Shown in pieces: positions 1 to 9,323 of a stretch of DNA of 64,000 nucleotides; positions within the stretch are counted from its first letter, which is position 1, and every line of letters begins with the position of its first letter. Where the stretch lies: positions 896,001 to 960,000 of the forward strand of contig CAVPOC010000008.1 of assembly GCA_963706955.1 (NCBI GenBank). The letters are read 5' to 3'. Under the pieces are notes generated by a model. The model did not search any database, was not told the DNA's origin, and saw nothing but the letters and a program-made list of their open reading frames with translations. The translations under genes were made by a program, and so were the position numbers. This DNA is from an uncultured Verrucomicrobiae bacterium (GTDB taxonomy: Bacteria > Verrucomicrobiota > Verrucomicrobiia > Chthoniobacterales > Terrimicrobiaceae).

Positions 1-568
1 CGGCGTTTACGTTGATGCCGAAAGCGGACCATTCGAGAGCCAGAACGCGCGTGAGTTGATTGACGCCCCCCTTGGATGCGCAGTAAACCGCGTGGTCACG
101 AATTCCGACCACGCCTCCCTGGGAGCTCATATTTATTATCCTTCCCGAGCGCTGCTCGAGCATGATTCGCCCGGCTGCCTGGCAGCAAAAGAAAAGTCCC
201 TTCAGATTGACGTTCATCATCTCATCCCAGTCGGTCTCCGTCACATCGATGGCCGGGTGGTTGGCGCCGAGCCCTGCGTTATTCACCAGGATGTCCAACC
301 GTCCGAAGAATTCCTGAACGGCCCGGAAGCAGGACTTCACCTGCGCCAGGTCGCTCACATCGAGAGGGAATGCTTGCGCGTCACCACCTTCAGCGCGAAT
401 TTCTTCGACTAACATCTCGAGATCGCTCGAAGAGCGGGCGGCTACGGCCACGCGTGCGCCGGCATGGGCCAACGCCCTGGCGACCCCGAAGCCGATCCCC
501 TTGCTGGCTCCCGTAATAAATGCTACTTGGCCCGCCAAAGTGAAATCGGGATAGTCCATTTCTTTCAT
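1..568 (-). CDS. SDR family oxidoreductase (partial, runs off window start)
   Basis: Hand translation of minus strand (not in ORF track): MKEMDYPDFTLAGQVAFITGASKGIG...LVNNAG...YCASKGG; TGxxxGIG, NNAG and YxxxK motifs. Confidence 0.9.
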   Translation of the reverse strand, partial: MKEMDYPDFTLAGQVAFITGASKGIGFGVARALAHAGARVAVAARSSSDLEMLVEEIRAEGGDAQAFPLDVSDLAQVKSCFRAVQEFFGRLDILVNNAGLGANHPAIDVTETDWDEMMNVNLKGLFFCCQAAGRIMLEQRSGRIINMSSQGGVVGIRDHAVYCASKGGVNQLTRVLALEWSAFGINVNA

Positions 569-602
569 CGCTACATTGGCTTAATCGGCGGAGAAGGCAA
601 AC

Positions 603-1536
603 TTAGCGTTTTCCCGAGTCTATGAACCATTGATAGGCATCGCGAATACCGTCGCGCAGACCAATCTTCGGCCGCCAGCCCATTCCAAACAGGAGACCTA
701 CGTCGAGGAGCTTTCGGGGCGTTCCGTCAGGTTTCGTCGCATCGAAGACTAAGTTTCCTTCGAATCCCACCACCTGACAAACCATTTCAGCCAACTCGCG
801 AATGGTTACATCATCGCCGCAGCCGATGTTGATGATCTCCGGCGAATCGTAACGCTCCAAGAGAAACAGGCAGGCGTCGGCCAGATCATTCACATGGAGA
901 AATTCTCTTCGCGGCGTCCCGGTGCCCCAGACCACCAACTTATCCTCGCCACGCTCTTTGGCCTCATGTGCTTTGCGGATCAAAGCGGGGAGGACGTGCG
1001 AGCTATGGAGGTCGAAATTGTCATTAGGTCCGTAGAGGTTTGTCGGCATTGCCGAGATGAACGTCTTGCCATACTCGCGCGCATAGGCCTGGCAAAGCTT
1101 GATGCCGGCGATCTTAGCAATGGCATAAGCGTCGTTGGTTACCTCGAGCGGGCCGGTTAGGAGCGCATTCTCGCGGATCGGTTGCGGGGCCATTTTTGGA
1201 TAAATACAAGAGCTCCCCAGAAAGAGCAGCTTTCGCGTTCCGAAATCCGCCGCCGCCTCGATCAGGTTATTTTGAATCGTAACGTTTTGCAGCAAGAAAC
1301 TCCACCGGCTGTTCGCTGTTCGCGACGATTCCGCCAACCTTGGCGGCAGCATCAACGACTACCGACGGACGCTCCCGATCAAAGAACGCACGCACGGCCG
1401 TTCGATCCAAGAGGTCCACCTCCGCACGCGAACGAGTCAAAATCTTGTCGAAACCGGCCTCCGACAGCCGGCGGACGACCGCGCTGCCGACCATACCGCG
1501 GTGTCCCGCGACCAAGATGGAGTCGTTAAGTTGCAT
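603..1536 (-). CDS. fcl: GDP-L-fucose synthase (one frameshift near 1290)
   Basis: ORF 1267..1554 gives VAGHRGMVGSA...AAAKVGGI; ORF 603..1355 gives LGSSCIYPK, YAIAK, PTNLYGPNDNF, GTPRREFLH. Confidence 0.92.
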
Positions 1537-1554
1537 GGATTTATCTGACAACAC

Positions 1555-2448
1555 CTAACACTTTTCGTCGCAGTGAGCGCACTCAAATTGAATCGTAGCG
1601 TGGCCGATACCATATTGATGGAACAATTCTTCGCGAATTCGTGTGAGCAGGGCGTCGTCGAGCGCTGGCGTTCGCTTAACGAGGTGAGCTGTCAGCGCAA
1701 CTTCGGTCGTGCTGAGTGCCCAGATGTGCAGGTGGTGGAGCCCAGAAACTTCGGGCAAGCCTGCGAGATAGGCTCTCACGGCGGCAGGATCGACGGTCTC
1801 CGGCACGGCATCGAGCGAGAGGTTTAGCGAATCGGTCAGAAGCTCCCAAGTGCCGAGTAAGATGACAACGCCGACGAGCAGGCTCACGAGCGGGTCAAGC
1901 CAACTCCAGTTGGTCAGCAGAATCACCCATCCAGAGAGCATTACGCCCGCGGAGACGGCCGCATCGGCGGCCATGTGGAGGAACGCCCCCCGGACGTTGA
2001 GATCCTGCTTTCGTCCGGACATGAAGAGCAGCGCCGTAGCGCCGTTGATGACGATCCCTAAAGCGGCTACCCAGATGACAGTCCCTCCTTCCACTCGCGG
2101 TGGGTCGCTGAAGCGATTGATCGCCTCCCAAACAATGGCGCCCACTCCCACGAGGAGCAACAAAGCGTTGAAGAGTGCCGCCAGGACTGTTGCCCTCTTC
2201 CAACCATAGGTTCGCCGTGGACTTGGCATCCTCTTGGCCAATTCGCTGGCTCCCCAGGCCATGACCAGCCCGAGAACGTCCGCAAAATTATGGCCGGCGT
2301 CGGCGAGCAACGCGAGCGAGTCGGAGAGCCAACCAAAGACGACTTCCAGCAGGATGAAGCCAAGATTCAGCGAAATCCCAATTAGGAACTCGCGGCCGAA
2401 ATCCTTGGGCGCGTGATTATGGCCATGTTCGTCATGGGCGTGCCCCAT
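1555..2448 (-). CDS. Cation diffusion facilitator (CzcD/ZitB-like Zn/Co/Cd exporter)
   Basis: His-rich N-terminus MGHAHDEHGHNH, SLALLADAGHNFAD, LNVRGAFLHMAAD, HHLHIW, HATIQ. Confidence 0.92.
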   Translation of the reverse strand: MGHAHDEHGHNHAPKDFGREFLIGISLNLGFILLEVVFGWLSDSLALLADAGHNFADVLGLVMAWGASELAKRMPSPRRTYGWKRATVLAALFNALLLLVGVGAIVWEAINRFSDPPRVEGGTVIWVAALGIVINGATALLFMSGRKQDLNVRGAFLHMAADAAVSAGVMLSGWVILLTNWSWLDPLVSLLVGVVILLGTWELLTDSLNLSLDAVPETVDPAAVRAYLAGLPEVSGLHHLHIWALSTTEVALTAHLVKRTPALDDALLTRIREELFHQYGIGHATIQFECAHCDEKC

Positions 2449-2538
2449 GGACAAAGAGCGCCGTGAAACACGTGCGGTGTCAATGGCATTGATCTTCTTT
2501 TCTCCGGACCGTTGCCCATGTAGGTATGCCGACCAGCA

Positions 2539-3420
2539 ATGAATTCTTCCCGGATCAGCTTTCTGCAGCGACTTGGGAGCACGCTCGCCCTCTGGGCCCT
2601 CATCATTGCGGCACTTCTTGCCGGGTCCGAATACGGATATTTTCTCCTGATCCTCTTCGTCGCCATGGCCTCGCTCTACGAGTATTTCCACATGGTGAAG
2701 GAACTTGGAACTTCGGCCTTCACCCTGACAGGAATGCTGTGCGGCGCGATCTACATGATCGGCAGCTTCTTTTATCTACGCGCCCATGGGCCTGACCATT
2801 CCTACGACCTCGAGATGGCAGTCCTCGTCGGCTTTCTCTTTGTGGTCTTCTCCCGCCAGATGTTTCGCGCGTCCGCCGATCGCGACTCGTTGGAAGCGAT
2901 CGCCTACACGGTGTTCGGCCTCCTCTACATCCCCTGGCTCTTCAACTTCCTGACCAAGATCATCTATCTCACGCCACCGACAGAAAACGGGGAGACCACC
3001 GGTCAGTTTTATTTGATTTATCTGATGGTAGTTACAAAATTCAGCGATATGGGCGCATATGTCTTTGGGAGCCTGTTCGGCCGCCACCCGTTTGCACCGC
3101 ACATTAGCCCGAAGAAAACCTGGGAAGGATTTTTTGGCGCACTCGTGCTCTCCTCACTGGGCAGTTACTGGCTCTATGCGCTAATTCCGAACCGACTCTC
3201 CGCATTTCGCCTCGACGACGTGATCGTTTTGGGTTTGCTGCTTGGCCTTGGCGCGGTCGTGGGAGATCTGGCAGAGTCGATCATTAAGCGAAGCACTCAG
3301 GCCAAGGATTCGAGCGCAATCCTGCCTGGCATCGGCGGGACGCTCGATTTGATCGATAGTTTGCTCTTCACCGCGCCCCTCATGTACTTCTATCTGCGAC
3401 TCATTATCGGCGTGTCATGA
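2539..3420 (+). CDS. cdsA: Phosphatidate cytidylyltransferase
   Basis: SDMGAY, ISPKKTWEG, GDLAESIIKR, KDS...PGIGGTLDLIDS; directly upstream of dxr. Confidence 0.93.
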   Translation: MNSSRISFLQRLGSTLALWALIIAALLAGSEYGYFLLILFVAMASLYEYFHMVKELGTSAFTLTGMLCGAIYMIGSFFYLRAHGPDHSYDLEMAVLVGFLFVVFSRQMFRASADRDSLEAIAYTVFGLLYIPWLFNFLTKIIYLTPPTENGETTGQFYLIYLMVVTKFSDMGAYVFGSLFGRHPFAPHISPKKTWEGFFGALVLSSLGSYWLYALIPNRLSAFRLDDVIVLGLLLGLGAVVGDLAESIIKRSTQAKDSSAILPGIGGTLDLIDSLLFTAPLMYFYLRLIIGVS

Positions 3421-4550
3421 GAACGCGCCAGGTCGTTATTCTTGGAGCCACCGGCTCAATTGGCAAGAGCGCCCGGCGGGTTGCCCAGGACATCCCTGAC
3501 CGCATGCAGATCTTAGGGCTTTCTGCCCATAGCGATCGAGATGGGTTAAGGCAGGCTGCCAGCGAGTTCCCAAGCGCAAAAACGGCTCTTTCCGCGGGAC
3601 CAGATGGCGAGAAGCAGCTGGTCGAACTGGCGACGCTTTCCGACGCCGACATGGTCTTGATCGCGATCGTTGGCACGGGAGGACTCAAGCCCGCGCTGGC
3701 GGCTATCGAGGCGGGAAAGGATCTCGCCGTCGCCAGCAAGGAGATTCTCGTCATGGCGGGAGAAATAATCATGGAAGCAGCCGCTCGAAAGGGGGTGAAG
3801 GTCCTGCCGGTTGACAGCGAGCATAATGCCATTTTCCAGTGTTTGGACGGCCGGGGCGCCTCTGCGCTGCAACGGATCATCCTGACGTGCTCGGGCGGAC
3901 CATTCCGTGGCACGCCGCGCGAGGAACTTAATCGGGTCACCCCTGAAATGGCGCTGAAGCATCCGACGTGGTCAATGGGCCGCAAGATCTCGATCGATTC
4001 GGCGACGCTTTTCAACAAAGGTCTCGAGATGATTGAAGCGCGCTGGCTATTTGACGTTCCGATGGAGAAGGTCGATGTCGTCGTCCATCCGCAAAGCATT
4101 GTTCATTCGATGGTGGAGTTCGTTGACGGTTCGCTGCTGGCGCAGCTCAGTCATTCCGACATGTGTTTTCCGATTCAATACGCGGTGACATGGCCGGAGC
4201 GCGTCTCGAATAGCTTGCGTCCGCTCGATCTGGCAGCGCTGGGGCGTCTCGATTTTGAAGCCCCGCGACGCCGCGATTTTCCCGCGCTCGATCTCGCGCG
4301 CCGCGCCGGGGAGATCGGCGGCTCGCTGCCGGCGACCCTGAATGCCGCAAACGAAATCGCGGTCGAGGCCTTTCTCGATCACCGCATTCCCTTCCCGGTG
4401 ATTTGGCAAGCCGTGGAACGCGTGATGGAGGAGTGTCCATTCCTTCCACGCCCGTGCCTGGATGAACTCTTAGAGATCGACCGCAGCGCGAGAGAGTTGG
4501 CGCGACGTGCAATTGATGATTCAAGGGCGCTGAGCGCCTCATACATTTAA
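3417..4550 (+). CDS. dxr: 1-deoxy-D-xylulose-5-phosphate reductoisomerase
   Basis: LGATGSIG, LPVDSEHNAIFQ, HPTWSMGRKISIDSAT, NKGLEMIEA, NAANE. Confidence 0.97.
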   Translation: MRTRQVVILGATGSIGKSARRVAQDIPDRMQILGLSAHSDRDGLRQAASEFPSAKTALSAGPDGEKQLVELATLSDADMVLIAIVGTGGLKPALAAIEAGKDLAVASKEILVMAGEIIMEAAARKGVKVLPVDSEHNAIFQCLDGRGASALQRIILTCSGGPFRGTPREELNRVTPEMALKHPTWSMGRKISIDSATLFNKGLEMIEARWLFDVPMEKVDVVVHPQSIVHSMVEFVDGSLLAQLSHSDMCFPIQYAVTWPERVSNSLRPLDLAALGRLDFEAPRRRDFPALDLARRAGEIGGSLPATLNAANEIAVEAFLDHRIPFPVIWQAVERVMEECPFLPRPCLDELLEIDRSARELARRAIDDSRALSASYI

Positions 4551-4551
4551 T

Positions 4552-6267
4552 TCAGTCCACCGGCGCGTCGACCGACCAAATGCGAATGGCGCCTTTCTTG
4601 CCGCGAATTTCAGTTTCGCCGAGATCGCGCAGTTGGTAGTTCTTAACAAGCGAGAGCCGAGTCGAGTTACTGCAGATAATTCGCGCGCCAAAGCGAGACT
4701 CCTTCGTCAGGCTTTCCAGCCTCGAGGCTAAGTTCACCTCATTGCCGATAACCGTGTAGTTGTTACGCGAGGTGGATCCGACATTGCCGGCCACGACGTC
4801 TCCTGTGCTGATGCCAATGCCAGTGCGAAGCGGACCGAGGCCGAATTCACCCCTCTGCCGATTCAGATTTTCTTCGGCGCGGAGAATCTCCATGGCCGCG
4901 TGGACGGCTCGATCGGCATGGTCAGGGACTTCGACCGGTGCCCCGAAGACCGCCATCACCGCATCGCCTATGTACTTATCGACGATTCCGCCAGCTGCCT
5001 CGACGGCACCGGTTACTTCGGTAAAATAGGCATTAAGCTCCTTGACCAGCTCTTGAGGCAACTGCGTCTCACTGTGCGCAGTGAAGTCGCGCAGATCGGA
5101 GAAGAGGATGGTTACATTTCGAATTTCGCCTCCTAATTCGATTTCCGAGCGCATGAGCTCGCGCGCCACTTCCGGGGATACCGACTTCCCGAGCAGATCA
5201 CGAACCTTATCGCGTTCCTGGAGTCCCACTGCCATCCCGTTAAACGCCGACGCGAGATCGCCAAGTTCGTCCCGTGTTTTTACCGGGACGCGCACGCTAT
5301 AGTCACCTTTGTTGATGCGCTGGACGCCTTGTGAAAGTTCTATCACGGGACGGGTCACGCCACGGGCAACAATCACCCCGGCCACCCCTGAGATCACTAG
5401 CGCGACAATGTTCAGTCCAATCAGGAGTCTCTCAAGGCGCCAAAACGGGGCCATCTCATGTTCGAGTGATGTCAACATGGCGATCGAGGTTCGTCCATCA
5501 AAGTCCTCTGGAAACGGAACCGTCGACCCAAGAAACGGTTTGCCGTTGACCTTTACGGTTTGGACCGCCGCCGTATTTTTTCCGCCAGCGGCAAACTTCA
5601 GGTCGACATGCTCGAGAGCCGCCGTGCTTGCGACGACCTTACCATCGTAGAGGAACGCTATCTCGAAGTTGCTCAGCCGGCTGAACTGCTCGACCAAGGC
5701 TCGATCCAGCGGAAAACCAACCCCAATCCAAACGCTGAGCTCCGGTGCCAGCAACGGATAAATCATCACAAGGTGAAGCGACTCACCCAGCACTTCGATC
5801 TTTGTTGCCTGAAAACTCGGCGAATCTTCCGCACGAACAATCGTTTCTTCGTCGATAGAGAGCTTCCCGGAAACCTCCGGAGGAAGCGTGTCGATGAGAG
5901 TCTCGCCATCCGATGAGACCAGTTTGACGAATGAGGCGATGCCGATCCTGGCTCGATAATTCTGAAGGGCAGATTCCAGGGTGGCCCGTGCCACGGGATC
6001 GTTCGAGTTTCGAAGCTGGGCGACAGTCGAAGCGAATGCATAGTCGCTCGAAAGAAGCCGAACGGACAGAGCAAGCTGTCTCACCGTCTGTGCCACGAAC
6101 TGAATAAAGACGCGCGTCGCTTCTTCTGTTTCCGCGTTGACGCGCTCATGCGCGTAGTTGCGCTCAACCGCCGCGACGAGCAGAAAAGTCACCCCCTGAG
6201 TTCCTGCCAGAAGGAGCAGGAGTATTGCGATCAGTCGCCCGCGAAAACTCGCAAAGAAAGGATTCAG
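4552..6267 (-). CDS. Membrane-bound class III adenylate cyclase (2 TM, periplasmic sensor, HAMP, cyclase); start uncertain
   Basis: Two TM helices flank a periplasmic region; HAMP (RPVIELSQGV...RDELGDLASAFNGM); FSDLRDFT, VDKYIGD, YTVIG, NLASRLE. Confidence 0.9.
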   Translation of the reverse strand: MNPFFASFRGRLIAILLLLLAGTQGVTFLLVAAVERNYAHERVNAETEEATRVFIQFVAQTVRQLALSVRLLSSDYAFASTVAQLRNSNDPVARATLESALQNYRARIGIASFVKLVSSDGETLIDTLPPEVSGKLSIDEETIVRAEDSPSFQATKIEVLGESLHLVMIYPLLAPELSVWIGVGFPLDRALVEQFSRLSNFEIAFLYDGKVVASTAALEHVDLKFAAGGKNTAAVQTVKVNGKPFLGSTVPFPEDFDGRTSIAMLTSLEHEMAPFWRLERLLIGLNIVALVISGVAGVIVARGVTRPVIELSQGVQRINKGDYSVRVPVKTRDELGDLASAFNGMAVGLQERDKVRDLLGKSVSPEVARELMRSEIELGGEIRNVTILFSDLRDFTAHSETQLPQELVKELNAYFTEVTGAVEAAGGIVDKYIGDAVMAVFGAPVEVPDHADRAVHAAMEILRAEENLNRQRGEFGLGPLRTGIGISTGDVVAGNVGSTSRNNYTVIGNEVNLASRLESLTKESRFGARIICSNSTRLSLVKNYQLRDLGETEIRGKKGAIRIWSVDAPVD

Positions 6268-6962
6268 CGGTAGGCGCCTCCCCTTTCGTCCGGAGGCGTT
6301 CTCTGAAAGGCCGGACGCAACTTCATGGTCAGCTCTGCAGAGCTCTGGCTTCCCTCCAAGTTGGCCTGAACCGGCGCGCCACGCAATCGTGGACACCACC
6401 CAAGAATGGACAGGGAGCCGGCCGGGAGATCTCGAAGCACCCCCACGCCTCGCTCATCCGTTCGCGCGAAAAATCCGGAATCCAGCACGACGACATACGC
6501 GGCCATCCAATCATGAATGTTGCAACCCAACGTGACAATGCCGGGACGTTCGAACTCAATAGCTTTGGGCGACTGTCCGATATAAAGCGGGATGTCGAAT
6601 GTCTTCGTCGTGCTAAAGGAATAAACATGATGCTGGACATTATCCCAATTTGGAAAACGCACGATGCTTCCGACGGGGACAATCGTAACGGGCGGAATGA
6701 ACTGACGGTTTTTTTGCACGATTTCCGTCTGAATGGCGGGCAGCGTTTTCTTTTGCGGGCCTTCTGCCCAGATCACCGCACCCTCGACGGGCCGGCCTGT
6801 CTGATCTTTCACGAGAACTTGAACGTCAGCGCCGACCGCGGAGACCACGAAAGCGTACAGAACGAAGAGAGGGAGCCAACCTGCCGGCTTTCCCAGAAGT
6901 GGCCGGAAACCTCGGACGCTAAAATTTGAATCGCAGACCGATTTCGGCAATCTGATTAGCAT
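6264..6962 (-). CDS. Secreted cupredoxin-domain protein ('methylamine utilization protein'-like) with C-terminal beta-sandwich; start uncertain
   Basis: Signal-like N-terminus; IVQKNRQFIP, VRFPNWDNVQHHVYS, GCNIHDWM (His...Cys-x2-His-x2-Met type-1 Cu ligands). Confidence 0.8.
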   Translation of the reverse strand: MLIRLPKSVCDSNFSVRGFRPLLGKPAGWLPLFVLYAFVVSAVGADVQVLVKDQTGRPVEGAVIWAEGPQKKTLPAIQTEIVQKNRQFIPPVTIVPVGSIVRFPNWDNVQHHVYSFSTTKTFDIPLYIGQSPKAIEFERPGIVTLGCNIHDWMAAYVVVLDSGFFARTDERGVGVLRDLPAGSLSILGWCPRLRGAPVQANLEGSQSSAELTMKLRPAFQRTPPDERGGAYR

Positions 6963-7785
6963 AGTTCAAGCTTCCCCGTTGCGTGAACTCGAAGCGGTAG
7001 GCCATTCGAAGTTTCATCCAAGTCGTCAACTCCTGTTCAATCCCTGCCCGGACGCCGTGCGTCCAGGCATCGAAACGATAGACCATGCGCTCGGCACCGA
7101 AAACGTCAGTCGTTTCTTTGACCTCGGCAATGGCGGCGAGGTCCGGGCGTGGCGGGGTCGCGTAAGAAACGACATCACCATAGCGAATGGAGTAATCCAC
7201 AGACAGCCGTGTCCGCGGAAAGACATCAAACCAACCGGCGACCCGACCTTCCTGCGCGCCGGAGTAGAAGACCGCGCCCTCAGCGAAAAACCACTGCGGC
7301 AGGTAGCGAATGCTTAGACCGCCGCGTTCCACCAACTGCCAGACCAAGCCGATCGAGGGAGAAATTCTCGCCCCCGAAGCACCGGACTGTCCCGATCCGC
7401 GGTAAGCTGTATAGAGGTCGATCTGAAGCCGCGGAGCGTTCCAGCCCAAACCAAACTTCCGATCAACGCCCAAGCGAACTCCACCTTCGATCTGGCTCAG
7501 GCCGGTGAATCGAAAAGCCTGCTCGCCTTCGCTCGCGAGATACGCATGCCAGCGCCAGTCGCGACCCCATACCCCGCTGGTTCCGGCATTGAGGCGCGCA
7601 GTGAAGAAGCCGTCCGCGAGCCGATCACTTGCCAAATTAGAATTGGAAGCATTGCTCTCGTAGCGACCGCCGAGCTCCGCAGAGAATTCCAAGGCGGCGC
7701 TAAGAACGCAGTTGAGCGGCAAGACAACCGCGAGCAACAATCCAAACGTAAGCTTTGGTAGTTTTCTTCCCAGGCCAAGGTGCAT
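6919..7785 (-). CDS. Putative outer-membrane beta-barrel protein
   Basis: Signal peptide, alternating amphipathic strands, C-terminal ...IGLRFKF ending in Phe (BAM signal). Confidence 0.7.
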   Translation of the reverse strand: MHLGLGRKLPKLTFGLLLAVVLPLNCVLSAALEFSAELGGRYESNASNSNLASDRLADGFFTARLNAGTSGVWGRDWRWHAYLASEGEQAFRFTGLSQIEGGVRLGVDRKFGLGWNAPRLQIDLYTAYRGSGQSGASGARISPSIGLVWQLVERGGLSIRYLPQWFFAEGAVFYSGAQEGRVAGWFDVFPRTRLSVDYSIRYGDVVSYATPPRPDLAAIAEVKETTDVFGAERMVYRFDAWTHGVRAGIEQELTTWMKLRMAYRFEFTQRGSLNYANQIAEIGLRFKF

Positions 7786-8262
7786 ACCGCGTCGCTTCCC
7801 TCTCTCACTGCTCTCTTACATTCGAGCTCGCTGTGTTGTCGAGTGCAACGTATCGTCGGACAATACCGCCTCGAGCGAATGCGTCGATGACTTTTCGGGT
7901 CGCCAGCACGGCCTCGTGCCGCTAGTCTGCGCCCGAGCTCACTACTGCTCATGGCTATTATTAAAGAACTCCGGGAATTCATTGCCACAGGGAATGCAAT
8001 TGACCTGGCGGTCGGAGTAATTATCGGCGCGGCGTTCGGGAACATCGTCAAGTCGCTAACCGAAGACGTAGTCATCCCTCCAATCGGCAAAATGCTTGGC
8101 GGACTCGGCGGATTGAACTTTAAGGATTATTTCATCCCGCTGGACGGACAATTTACTGCCTACAAGACGCTTGAGCAGGCGAAAGCCTCCACTGCGTTAT
8201 TTGCCTACGGATCTTTATTACGATCGTGATCCAGTTCCTGATCATGGCTGCGTGCGTCTTTG
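7397..8262. repeat. Copy A of diverged direct duplication (barrel gene 5' part, intergenic region, mscL); copy B is 9324..10210
   Basis: Collinear alignment by eye with many synonymous differences; 7601..7701 is identical to 9526..9626. Confidence 0.92.
7951..8262 (+). pseudogene. mscL: mscL copy A, 3'-truncated at junction with foreign segment (also frameshift near 8215)
   Basis: MAIIKELREFIATGNAIDLAVGVIIGAAFG; aligns to 9895..10210 until ...GCTGCGTGCGTCTTTG, then unrelated sequence. Confidence 0.85.
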
Positions 8263-8318
8263 TGACGAAGGCCACGCCGCCGGTTACGCTGACACCCGGT
8301 TGTTAGCGTCAATCACCA

Positions 8319-9152
8319 ATGGCCCGCCTCAAACCAACCGAGCGCGCTGGACTGCCCGACCGCGCCTTCGCGTACGTCGACTCGAAGGGTCGCCGGCGCT
8401 TGCCGATCCACGATGCGGCCCACGTCCGCAACGCGCTTGCCCGCTTCGGCCAGGTCGGCTTCGAGAGCGACGCCGCCCGCGAGCGCGCTCGCAAGCGGCT
8501 GCTCCAGGCCGCCAAGCGCTTCCGCATCGTGCCGATCGGATTCATCACCAGCGAGCTGCAATCGGCGGGCTCCGGGGATCGACGGACCCGCCTCCTGCCC
8601 TCCGGCTTCGTGACGATGCTGATGACCGACATCGAGGGCTCGACCGGCCTCGTCCGTCGCCTGGGTGAGGGCTATCGGGAGCTGCTCGACAACGTGTGCG
8701 TGGTGCTGCGCCAAGCGATCGAGGATGCCGGCGGCCATGAGATCGAGGCGCGCGCGGACGAGTTCTTCGCCGTCTTCGCCTCGCCGCGGGCGGCGGTCGA
8801 CGCGGCGATCGCCGCGCAGTTGGCGCTGCGTGATCGCAGACCGGCCGAGGGGTCGGAGGTGCGGGTGCGCATCGGGATCCACAGTGGATACCCGACATCG
8901 ACCGAAGACAACTACATCGGTCTTGACGTCAACACGGCATCGCGAATTTGCGCCGCCGGCCACGGCGGGCAGATCGTCGTCTCGGACAACACGCGAGAGA
9001 GCGTCAAAGCCACGTCACCAGCCGGCGTGCGGTTCATCGCCCTCGGCACCCACCGCCTGCACGGCCTGTCCGACTCGGTCCCGCTGTTCCAGGTCGCGGC
9101 GAACGGCCTGGCGACCCGTTTCCCGCCATTGCGCACAACCGGCCGTCAGTAG
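8319..9152 (+). CDS. DUF6582-like N-terminal domain fused to class III nucleotide cyclase
   Basis: N-term ERAGLPDRAFAY...RLPIHDAAHVRNALARF; cyclase MTDIEGST, RIGIHSG, YIGLDVNTASRI, HGGQIVVS; visibly higher GC than flanks. Confidence 0.82.
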   Translation: MARLKPTERAGLPDRAFAYVDSKGRRRLPIHDAAHVRNALARFGQVGFESDAARERARKRLLQAAKRFRIVPIGFITSELQSAGSGDRRTRLLPSGFVTMLMTDIEGSTGLVRRLGEGYRELLDNVCVVLRQAIEDAGGHEIEARADEFFAVFASPRAAVDAAIAAQLALRDRRPAEGSEVRVRIGIHSGYPTSTEDNYIGLDVNTASRICAAGHGGQIVVSDNTRESVKATSPAGVRFIALGTHRLHGLSDSVPLFQVAANGLATRFPPLRTTGRQ

Positions 9153-9158
9153 CATCGC

Positions 9159-9323
9159 GTGGAGTGTGTGTTCTGCTCGATCATTCGCTGGCGCGGCGAC
9201 TGCCTGGCAGGTGTACGAGGATGAATCGATGGTCGCCTTCCTCGACATCGGCCAAGCGACCGTCGGCCACACGCTCGTCGTGCCAAGGCGGCATGCACCG
9301 GATCTCTGGTCGCTCTCTGAGGA
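9159..9323 (+). pseudogene. HIT family protein, N-terminal fragment
   Basis: VECVFCSII.../VYEDESMVAFLDI...GHTLVVPRRH; frameshifted and cut off before the HxHxH motif. Confidence 0.8.
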
